Of a stretch of DNA of 64,000 bases, positions 55,952-64,000 are shown in pieces. The translations under genes were made by a program, and so were the position numbers. How positions within the stretch are numbered: position 1 is the first letter of the stretch; each line of letters starts with the position of its first letter. The stretch lies in the NCBI RefSeq assembly GCF_044324875.1, contig NZ_CP172185.1, one strand, 5' to 3'. The stretch comes from Escherichia coli. GTDB lineage: Bacteria > Pseudomonadota > Gammaproteobacteria > Enterobacterales > Enterobacteriaceae. The notes below the pieces were generated by a model. It saw only the letters and a program-made list of their open reading frames with translations, made no database searches and was not told where the DNA came from.

Positions 55952-56947
55952 TTAATCAAAATATTGCGTCTGGATAAATTCACTGAGCTGCCGCAGGCCG
56001 GTGCGCGGTGAGAGCGTATTGTTTTTGACCGCTAAAAGCGTCTGGCGGTAATAGCGATCGAAATCTTCATTCGCGAACAGGTGATTCAGTACTTCTTCTT
56101 CGGTTTGTTTACGCAGCCATTCCACCGATTGTTGTTGCCGCACTTGTTGTAATCGACCACTGGCAGTTAGCGCGGTTTTGAAGTCGATGATGGCGTGCCA
56201 GATCTCATCGATTCCACGTTTTTCCAGTGCGCTACAAGTCAGAACCCGTGGCTGCCATTCGTCGTATTTACGTCGCAGAATATGCAGGGCACTCTCGTAC
56301 ATATGCCGGGCAATGGCGATATTGGTATGGTTATCGCCATCGTCTTTGTTGATAACGATCAGATCTGCCACTTCCATCAGCCCCTTTTTAATGCCCTGCA
56401 GATCATCGCCGCCACCGGCAATTTGCAACGAGATAAAACAGTCCACCATGCGGGCGACTTCCGTTTCTGACTGCCCGACGCCAACCGTTTCGACAATCAC
56501 TACGTCATAACCCGCCGCTTCGCATAACAGCATTAATTCCCGCGCTCGCTGACTGGCACCGCCCAGATGGCCGGAGGAGGGTACCGGGCGAATAAACGCC
56601 GCCTCGGCACGCGCCAGGTCATTCATGCGGGTTTTATCCCCGAGGATGCTACCGCCAGTGACCGGGCTGCTAGGATCGACCGCAATAACCGCAACCTTTA
56701 ATCCATCACGAATCAACAACATGCCAAAGGCTTCAAGAAAGGTACTTTTCCCCGCGCCGGGTGTGCCGGTAACGCCCAGTCGCAGGGCGTTACCACAGAA
56801 CGGCATAATGGCATCAAGCAGCTGCGTACTTAGCGCCTGATGACGCGGGTGACGGCTTTCTACCAGCGTCATGGCCTGGGCGAGCGTGGCACGCTCACCC
56901 TGACGTAAGCGGCGAATACTTTCTGCCAGCGTGGCTTCATTAATCAT
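55952..56947 (-). CDS. argK: Methylmalonyl-CoA mutase-associated GTPase (MeaB-like)
   Basis: P-loop GTPGAGKST; matches ArgK/YgfD (331 aa). Confidence 0.9.
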   Translation of the reverse strand: MINEATLAESIRRLRQGERATLAQAMTLVESRHPRHQALSTQLLDAIMPFCGNALRLGVTGTPGAGKSTFLEAFGMLLIRDGLKVAVIAVDPSSPVTGGSILGDKTRMNDLARAEAAFIRPVPSSGHLGGASQRARELMLLCEAAGYDVVIVETVGVGQSETEVARMVDCFISLQIAGGGDDLQGIKKGLMEVADLIVINKDDGDNHTNIAIARHMYESALHILRRKYDEWQPRVLTCSALEKRGIDEIWHAIIDFKTALTASGRLQQVRQQQSVEWLRKQTEEEVLNHLFANEDFDRYYRQTLLAVKNNTLSPRTGLRQLSEFIQTQYFD

Positions 56948-59084
56948 GATGCTGGCTTATCAGATTCAGTACGTCGCGCACGCTGTCGAGCATAGGTGTA
57001 CCTGGACCATAAATCGCCGCCACGCCGCGCTCTTGCAGGAAGGCGTAATCCTGCGGCGGAATGACGCCACCCGCGACCACGCAGATATCTTCGCGTCCCC
57101 ATTTTTTCAGCGCTTCGACCAGTTCCGGGATCAGCGTTTTATGACCGGCAGCCAGTGAAGATGCGCCCACTACGTGAACGTCGTTTTCTACTGCCAGGCG
57201 GGCGATCTCTTCAGGTGTAGAGAACATCGGGCTTAAATCTACGTCGAAACCGAGATCGGAATAGGCGCTGGCGATCACTTTTGCGCCGCGATCGTGCCCA
57301 TCCTGGCCCATTTTGGCGATCAGAATGCGCGGGCGACGACCATTGTCGGCAAGGAACTGCTCCGTTTGCGCAACAATGGCATCGAACTCGGTGGCCGATT
57401 TCTCAGACTGATGATAGCTTTGCGCAATCACGCCGGTAACACACTGGCTTGGCACCAGATAACGGTCAAATGCCGCTTCCAGCGCATCGGAAATTTCACC
57501 AAGCGTTGCGCGAACGCGAGCGGCATTAACAGCGGCAGCCAGCAGGTTTTCGTTATGCTGTGCGGCGTGAGTCAGGGCGTTCAACGCGGCGGTTACGGCG
57601 GCATCATCACGGGTGGCGCGAATGCGTTCCAGCGAAGCAATTTGCTCGTTACGCACCATCACGTTGTCGATCTCAAGTACATCGGTTTCGTCTTCGTGAT
57701 CCAGTTTGTACTTGTTGACACCAACGATGACACGCTTGCCCTGGTCGATCAACGACTGTTCGCGCGCGGAAGCCTCTTCGATCATTCGTTTTGGCAGACC
57801 TGCTTCGATCGCTTTCGCCATGCCACCGGCTTCGTCGATCTGTTGGATAATGGCTCTGGCTTGTTTGACGATTTGATCGGTCAGCGATTCAACGTAATAG
57901 GATCCGGCCAGTGGATCGACGGTGCGGCAGAGTTCTGATTCTTCCTGAATGATGATCTGGGTGTTGCGGGCAATGCGTGCTGAGAAATCGGTAGGCAAAC
58001 CAAGCGCTTCATCAAAGGCGTTGGTATGCAGTGACTGAGTACCGCCCAGCGTTGCAGCCAGTGCTTCAATGGTGGTGCGGATAACGTTGTTATACGGATC
58101 CTGTTCAGTCAGGCTCCAGCCTGAGGTCTGGCAGTGGGTACGCAGCGCCAGTGATTTCGGATCCTGTGCGCCAAATCCACTGACCGCTTCGCTCCATAAA
58201 TAACGTGCCGCACGCAACATGGCGACGTTCATAAACAGATCCATGCCAATGCCGAAGAAGAACGACAGGCGAGGAGCGAAGTCATCAATTTTCAGCCCGG
58301 CGGAGATTGCTGCTTTGATGTACTCAATCCCATCAGCGAGCGTAAATGCTACCTGCTGCACGCAGTTGGCACCCGCTTCACCCATATGGTAACCGCTGAT
58401 ACTGATGGTATTAAATCGCGGCATGTTGCCGGAACACCAGGCGATGATGTCTGCGATAATACGCATTGACGGTTTTGGCGGGTAAATATAGGTGTTGCGG
58501 CAAAGATACTCTTTGAGGATATCGTTTTGAATGGTGCCGGTCAGTTTATCGGGTGTAACACCTTGCTCTTCTGCGGCGACAATATAAAACGCCAGTACTG
58601 GTAGTACTGCGCCATTCATGGTCATCGAAACCGACATTTTATCCAGCGGGATCTGGTCGAACAGGACTTTCATATCTTCCACGGTGTCGATAGCAACGCC
58701 CGCTTTGCCGACGTCGCCCGCCACGCGCGGGTTATCGGAGTCGTAGCCTCGGTGGGTGGCAAGGTCAAACGCAACGGAAAGACCTTTTTGCCCGGCGGCC
58801 AGGTTACGGCGATAAAAAGCGTTGGACTCTTTTGCTGTTGAAAAACCAGCATACTGACGGATGGTCCACGGTTGGGCGGTATACATAGTGGCACGCGGGC
58901 CACGAACGTAGGGCGGCAAACCAGGAAGGGTACCTGTCACCTCCAGATTATCGAGATCGGCTTCGGTATACAGCGGCTTGATGGCGATCCCTTCCGCGGT
59001 TTGCTGAACCAGCGAGTCGACAGTTTTCTCCCGACGGCTCAATTCCTTGTTGGCAAGCTGTTGCCACTCCTGCACCTTAGACAT
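56940..59084 (-). CDS. scpA: Methylmalonyl-CoA mutase
   Basis: Translation from [16 protein letters not shown] matches ScpA/Sbm (about 714 aa). Confidence 0.95.
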   Translation of the reverse strand: MSKVQEWQQLANKELSRREKTVDSLVQQTAEGIAIKPLYTEADLDNLEVTGTLPGLPPYVRGPRATMYTAQPWTIRQYAGFSTAKESNAFYRRNLAAGQKGLSVAFDLATHRGYDSDNPRVAGDVGKAGVAIDTVEDMKVLFDQIPLDKMSVSMTMNGAVLPVLAFYIVAAEEQGVTPDKLTGTIQNDILKEYLCRNTYIYPPKPSMRIIADIIAWCSGNMPRFNTISISGYHMGEAGANCVQQVAFTLADGIEYIKAAISAGLKIDDFAPRLSFFFGIGMDLFMNVAMLRAARYLWSEAVSGFGAQDPKSLALRTHCQTSGWSLTEQDPYNNVIRTTIEALAATLGGTQSLHTNAFDEALGLPTDFSARIARNTQIIIQEESELCRTVDPLAGSYYVESLTDQIVKQARAIIQQIDEAGGMAKAIEAGLPKRMIEEASAREQSLIDQGKRVIVGVNKYKLDHEDETDVLEIDNVMVRNEQIASLERIRATRDDAAVTAALNALTHAAQHNENLLAAAVNAARVRATLGEISDALEAAFDRYLVPSQCVTGVIAQSYHQSEKSATEFDAIVAQTEQFLADNGRRPRILIAKMGQDGHDRGAKVIASAYSDLGFDVDLSPMFSTPEEIARLAVENDVHVVGASSLAAGHKTLIPELVEALKKWGREDICVVAGGVIPPQDYAFLQERGVAAIYGPGTPMLDSVRDVLNLISQHHD

Positions 59085-59286
59085 TATTTGCTCCGTAAAA
59101 CGCAATCAAAATGAGGGTATTTGCGCTTACGGTGAGCTTTTTACGTGGGTTTGTCGCCAGCAAAAAAATGCATTCAGACGTCGTTTTTTGCCGCCTGAGA
59201 TTTGTCTATTTTGTGATGTGATTCAAGGAATACAAAAAGAAGTGAGGATAACGCCTGATATGTGCTATCAGGCATTATTTGATGGA

Positions 59287-60180
59287 TTAATCCTGACGAA
59301 GGACTTTGTGACCATAATCGAGCAACGCATCAGTGACTTTACGCATCATGCGGCTTTCAGGAGCAAAGCGGTGCCAGTAGAGCATCCGGCGTTGAAATAG
59401 CCCTGGCGTTAAGTCAATCAGTTCACCGCTGGCCAGTTCTTTCTCGATTTGCAGGTGCGGGATCATACAGCAGGTGGTGCCCTGGCGAGCAAGTTGCACG
59501 AACGCTTCTGAAGAATTAACGATATGGCACGGTACGCTGCCTGGGGGCAGATCGAAGTTTTGCTGCAAAAAGGCCTGGTGCATATCGTCAAGATGGTCAA
59601 AGGCGACCACAGGTGCTTTCAGTAATGCCGAACGCGTTACGCCGTTAGGGAAATATTTTTCGGCAAACGGTTTTGAGCTGACGAACAGATAGTCGAGCGC
59701 ACCGAGCTTATCGACAAGACAGCTCGGCAGCGCCTGATGTTGAATACTCACCGCGCCGACCACTTCGCCGCGGCGCAGGCGTTCCTGAGTGCGGGTTTCA
59801 TCTTCTACCTGCAAGTTGAGGCGGATAGGCGAATCAGCCAATACAGGAGCCAGCGCCGGAAGCAACCACGTCGCCAGACTGTCGGCGTTGACCGCCAGTG
59901 AAAGCAGCAGCGGAGTCGAACCGGTTTGTTCATCGCCCAGCCACTCTTCTTCCAGCAACTCCACCTGGCGCAGCAGTGCCAGCAGTTTTTGCCCTTGTTC
60001 TGTCGGGCGCGGTGGTACGGTACGCACCAACAGCGGCTGCCCGAACATATTTTCCAGTTGCTTAATGCGTTGTGAGACGGCTGATTGTGTAATGCACAGC
60101 TTTTGTGCCGCGCGCTCAAATCCTCGTTCACGTATCACCGCATCCAGTGCCTGTAATGTTCTGTAGTCCGGGCGTTTCAT
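59287..60180 (-). CDS. argP: LysR-family regulator ArgP (IciA)
   Basis: Translation from [28 protein letters not shown] matches ArgP (297 aa). Confidence 0.9.
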
Positions 60181-60519
60181 TGCTGTTGTCTGCTCCTGGT
60201 AAATGCTTTTTCCTGCACTATGACACAATTTTGTGTCAGGTTGCATATACCGAAGCCGTCGGTGGGTAACATTTGTATCAATGGTTAAACGCGCAGCTTA
60301 AAAGATCAGGGATTTGCGCTATTGCATTTCGCTTAGCGACTTCGCGCCCTGGTTATGTTGAATGGCGTGGCGTTATTGCCTCTGATCGCACCGTGGAGCG
60401 GCATACCCAGACCGTTATATGCTTTATTTGCCGGGCGAAAGGGGATGCCTGCCATTGCGCGATATTTTATGGATGAGTTAACCACGCGGCTTGCCAACGG
60501 GGTCTGAATCGCTTTTTTG

Positions 60520-60648
60520 TATATACTCGTCATACTTCAAGTTGCATGTGCTGCGTCTGCGTTCGCTCACCCCAGTCACTTACTTCTGTAAGCTCCTGGG
60601 GATTCACTCTCTTGTCGCCTTCCTGCAACTCGAATTATTTAGAGTATA
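60520..60648 (-). repeat. ERIC (IRU) repetitive element, copy 2, inverted relative to copy 1
   Basis: Reverse complement is near-identical to 47462-47586; lies immediately upstream of rpiA. Confidence 0.7.
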
Positions 60649-60684
60649 ATGCGTGTGAAATTTCATACCACAGGCGAAACGATC

Positions 60685-61344
60685 ATGACGCAGGATGAAT
60701 TGAAAAAAGCAGTAGGATGGGCGGCACTTCAGTATGTTCAGCCCGGCACCATTGTTGGTGTAGGTACAGGTTCCACCGCCGCACACTTTATTGACGCGCT
60801 CGGCACGATGAAAGGCCAGATTGAAGGGGCCGTTTCCAGTTCAGATGCTTCCACTGAAAAACTGAAAAGCCTCGGCATTCACGTTTTTGATCTCAACGAA
60901 GTCGACAGCCTTGGCATCTACGTTGATGGCGCAGATGAAATCAACGGCCACATGCAAATGATTAAAGGCGGCGGCGCGGCGCTGACCCGTGAAAAAATCA
61001 TTGCTTCGGTTGCAGAAAAATTTATCTGTATTGCCGACGCCTCCAAGCAGGTTGATATTCTGGGCAAATTCCCGCTGCCAGTAGAAGTTATCCCGATGGC
61101 ACGTAGTGCAGTGGCGCGCCAGCTGGTGAAACTGGGCGGTCGTCCGGAATACCGCCAGGGCGTGGTGACCGATAACGGCAACGTGATCCTCGACGTCCAC
61201 GGCATGGAAATCCTTGACCCGATAGCGATGGAAAACGCCATAAATGCGATTCCTGGCGTGGTGACTGTTGGCTTGTTTGCTAACCGTGGCGCGGACGTTG
61301 CGCTGATTGGCACACCTGACGGTGTCAAAACCATTGTGAAATGA
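60685..61344 (+). CDS. rpiA: Ribose-5-phosphate isomerase A
   Basis: Translation from [18 protein letters not shown] matches RpiA (219 aa). Confidence 0.95.
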
Positions 61345-61599
61345 TCTGACGGGGGAACCTCCCCCGTTAAAAAAATTCTCTTCATTAAATTTGGTGACAT
61401 GTGTCACGTTTTTACCTGGCTATTGTCGATTGCTCTAAATAAATCTTCTAAACCAGCATATTCATCCAAGAAATACCTTTGCGTGATATTTCCTCAACAT
61501 CGCGACGCAAACGTTCATATTGCCGCAATATTATTTTTTGATATGTTGAAAGGCGGATGCAAATCCGCACACAACATTTCAAAAGACAGGATTGGGTAA

Positions 61600-62832
61600 A
61601 TGGCAAAGGTATCGCTGGAGAAAGACAAGATTAAGTTTCTGCTGGTTGAAGGCGTGCACCAAAAGGCGCTTGAAAGCCTTCGTGCAGCGGGTTACACCAA
61701 CATCGAATTTCACAAAGGCGCGCTGGATGATGAACAATTAAAAGAATCCATCCGCGATGCCCACTTCATCGGCCTGCGATCCCGTACCCATCTGACTGAA
61801 GACGTGATCAACGCCGCAGAAAAACTGGTCGCTATTGGCTGTTTCTGTATCGGAACAAACCAGGTTGATCTGGATGCGGCGGCAAAACGCGGGATCCCGG
61901 TATTTAACGCACCGTTCTCAAATACGCGCTCTGTTGCGGAGCTGGTGATTGGCGAACTGCTGCTGCTATTGCGCGGCGTGCCGGAAGCCAATGCTAAAGC
62001 GCACCGTGGCGTGTGGAACAAACTGGCGGCGGGTTCTTTTGAAGCGCGCGGCAAAAAGCTGGGTATCATCGGCTACGGTCATATTGGTACGCAATTGGGC
62101 ATTCTGGCTGAATCGCTGGGAATGTATGTTTACTTTTATGATATTGAAAACAAACTGCCGCTGGGCAACGCCACTCAGGTACAGCATCTTTCTGACCTGC
62201 TGAATATGAGCGATGTGGTGAGTCTGCATGTACCAGAGAATCCGTCCACCAAAAATATGATGGGCGCGAAAGAGATTTCACTAATGAAGCCCGGCTCGCT
62301 GCTGATTAATGCTTCGCGCGGTACTGTGGTGGATATTCCGGCGCTGTGTGACGCGCTGGCGAGCAAACATCTGGCGGGGGCGGCAATCGACGTATTCCCG
62401 ACGGAACCGGCGACCAACAGCGATCCATTTACCTCTCCGCTGTGTGAATTCGACAACGTCCTTCTGACGCCACACATCGGCGGTTCGACTCAGGAAGCGC
62501 AGGAGAATATCGGCCTGGAAGTTGCAGGTAAATTGATCAAGTATTCTGACAATGGCTCAACGCTCTCTGCAGTGAACTTCCCGGAAGTCTCGCTGCCACT
62601 GCACGGTGGGCGTCGTCTGATGCACATCCACGAAAACCGTCCGGGCGTGCTAACTGCGCTGAACAAAATCTTCGCCGAGCAGGGCGTCAACATCGCTGCC
62701 CAGTATCTGCAAACCTCTGCGCAAATGGGTTACGTAGTTATTGATATTGAAGCTGATGAAGACGTTGCCGAAAAGGCGCTGCAGGCAATGAAAGCTATTC
62801 CGGGTACCATTCGCGCCCGTCTGCTGTACTAA
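61600..62832 (+). CDS. serA: D-3-phosphoglycerate dehydrogenase
   Basis: Translation from MAKVSLEKDKIKFLLVEG matches SerA (410 aa). Confidence 0.97.
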   Translation: MAKVSLEKDKIKFLLVEGVHQKALESLRAAGYTNIEFHKGALDDEQLKESIRDAHFIGLRSRTHLTEDVINAAEKLVAIGCFCIGTNQVDLDAAAKRGIPVFNAPFSNTRSVAELVIGELLLLLRGVPEANAKAHRGVWNKLAAGSFEARGKKLGIIGYGHIGTQLGILAESLGMYVYFYDIENKLPLGNATQVQHLSDLLNMSDVVSLHVPENPSTKNMMGAKEISLMKPGSLLINASRGTVVDIPALCDALASKHLAGAAIDVFPTEPATNSDPFTSPLCEFDNVLLTPHIGGSTQEAQENIGLEVAGKLIKYSDNGSTLSAVNFPEVSLPLHGGRRLMHIHENRPGVLTALNKIFAEQGVNIAAQYLQTSAQMGYVVIDIEADEDVAEKALQAMKAIPGTIRARLLY

Positions 62833-62851
62833 TTCCCCTTCTCTGAAAATC

Positions 62852-62885
62852 AACGGGCAGGTCACTGACTTGCCCGTTTTTTTAT
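62852..62885 (+). terminator. Intrinsic terminator after serA
   Basis: AACGGGCAGGTCA/TGACTTGCCCGTT stem followed by TTTTTTT. Confidence 0.6.
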
Positions 62886-62989
62886 CGCTTCTCCACACCG
62901 TTGCCGCGTTGTGCATTCGGCTTTGCGAGTCTGCTCCAGAAAATAAATCAAAGTCAGATCAATGCGTTGTGTTTATTTAATGGGGATTT

Positions 62990-63140
62990 ACGATGGCAGG
63001 GCAGCATGGTGCTGTAACGGTAAAGCCCTCACCGAAGCGAGGGCTTGAAGGAGAAGGGTTATGATGCGACTTGTCATCATACTGATTGTACTGTTACTCA
63101 TAAGTTTCCCAGCTTATTAACAGTCAGTCTCAGGGGAGGA
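62990..63140 (-). ncRNA. sibC: Antisense antitoxin sRNA SibC (approximate boundaries)
   Basis: Inferred from the ibsC position and the known antisense arrangement; ends not determinable by eye. Confidence 0.35.
63061..63120 (+). CDS. ibsC: Type I toxin small hydrophobic peptide IbsC (19 aa)
   Basis: MMRLVIILIVLLLISFPAY with RBS GGAG upstream, in the serA–ygfA spacer where the sibC/ibsC locus lies in E. coli. Confidence 0.6.
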   Translation: MMRLVIILIVLLLISFPAY

Positions 63141-63220
63141 GTCATCCTCCCTTACCCTTACTCACTAAATTAGGTTAAAGAATCAACGATGTCAATCAGG
63201 GCGATGCAGGTGTGTCGCCC

Positions 63221-63769
63221 TTACCACTCCCAGACTTTCGACGGTGTAACCACCGCAGGAAGTGGGATATCCCACTCTTCAACGGGGAGTTTTTCCACCA
63301 ACTGACAATCATGCGCATAACCCACCGGTTGCATTTGATAGCGCTGCCAGTTTTGTAAGGTCCGATCATAAAAACCACCGCCCATTCCCAGGCGCTGACC
63401 GTACTCATCAAAGGCGACCAGCGGTGTGATCAACACGTCTAATCGGGAAAGGGGTAGCACGTCACGCACATCCAGTTTTGGCTCATGGATCTTCAACCTG
63501 TTCATCACCAGTTCGCTTTGCGGATGGTAATTCAGGAACAGCAAATTACCGGCACTAAAGGGATGCAAAACTGGAAGATATACGCGCTTACCGGCGCGCC
63601 AGAGTTGTTCTATGAGTGGCTGGGTGTCGAGTTCGCCATCAAAAGAGAGGAATACAGCGACCGTATGTGCCATCACCACTGGGGGATAAGTCATCATCCG
63701 GGTAGCAGCTTGTTGACCCATTTCCTGCTGTTGTTCCGGCGTTAACGCACGACGACGTTGCCGAATCAT
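63221..63769 (-). CDS. ygfA: 5-formyltetrahydrofolate cyclo-ligase
   Basis: Translation from MIRQRRRALTPEQQQEMGQQ matches YgfA (182 aa); the longer ORF upstream overlaps ssrS. Confidence 0.9.
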   Translation of the reverse strand: MIRQRRRALTPEQQQEMGQQAATRMMTYPPVVMAHTVAVFLSFDGELDTQPLIEQLWRAGKRVYLPVLHPFSAGNLLFLNYHPQSELVMNRLKIHEPKLDVRDVLPLSRLDVLITPLVAFDEYGQRLGMGGGFYDRTLQNWQRYQMQPVGYAHDCQLVEKLPVEEWDIPLPAVVTPSKVWEW

Positions 63770-63841
63770 TTTGCGGATTTCTTGTCGGGATAATGTCAGT
63801 GGGAGTTCTGGTAGTTGCGTCATGGCTGGTGCCAGATAAGA

Positions 63842-64000
63842 AGGGAATCTCCGAGATGCCGCCGCAGGCTGTAACCCTTGAACCCTTGGTTCAAGGTGAA
63901 TGTGTCGTCGCAGTTTTAAGGCTTCTCGGACGGACCGAGCATGCTCACCAACCGCGGAGCGCCACATTCTTGTGGTATGAAATATCGGCTCAGGGGACTG
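63842..64000 (-). ncRNA. ssrS: 6S RNA, 3' 159 nt (5' end beyond the window)
   Basis: Reverse complement matches the 6S RNA sequence ...CAGUCCCCUGAGCCGAUAUUUCAUACCACAAGAAUGUGGCGCUCCGCGGUUGGUGAGCAUGCUCGG...GGAGAUUCCCU; directly upstream of ygfA as in E. coli. Confidence 0.8.

Overview
This window reads as an Escherichia coli-type chromosomal segment, collinear with (and inverted relative to) the K-12 region pheV–yqgA–speC–nupG–mltC–mutY–trmB–ansB–hemW–rdgB–yggR–ruvX–gshB–endA–galP–metK–speA–speB–tktA–cmtBA–epd–pgk–fbaA–mscS–argO–scpCBA–argP–rpiA–serA–ygfA–ssrS. All gene identities come from reading the translated ORFs and from recalled protein sequences; no database search was run. About 90% of the window is conserved housekeeping genes. 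The parts that look accessory relative to K-12 as I remember it are: (1) the first ~3.7 kb, which is the integrase-proximal end of a genomic island inserted at the 3' end of tRNA-Phe (5'-truncated SF1 helicase gene, a 530-aa unknown protein with an acidic low-complexity linker, a tyrosine recombinase, and a tRNA-Phe whose T-stem carries two compensatory base-pair swaps); (2) a DctPQM-type TRAP transporter operon between yggM and hemW; (3) three single-gene insertions into intergenic sites: a lipoprotein between speA and speB, an SPFH/band-7 protein between tktA and cmtB, and an orphan DctP-family binding protein between mscS and argO. Three conserved genes appear disrupted: yggR (frameshift), argO (1-bp frameshift) and scpC (in-frame TAG). 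Small elements include two inverted ERIC copies, REP/BIME clusters, the ibsC/sibC toxin–antisense pair, the 3' part of 6S RNA, and CRP/GalR operators upstream of galP. I see no CRISPR array, no IS/transposase and no phage structural genes. I cannot point to a complete novel multi-gene system inside the window; the best candidate is the island cargo at the left edge, which continues upstream of position 1 and cannot be judged without that sequence.
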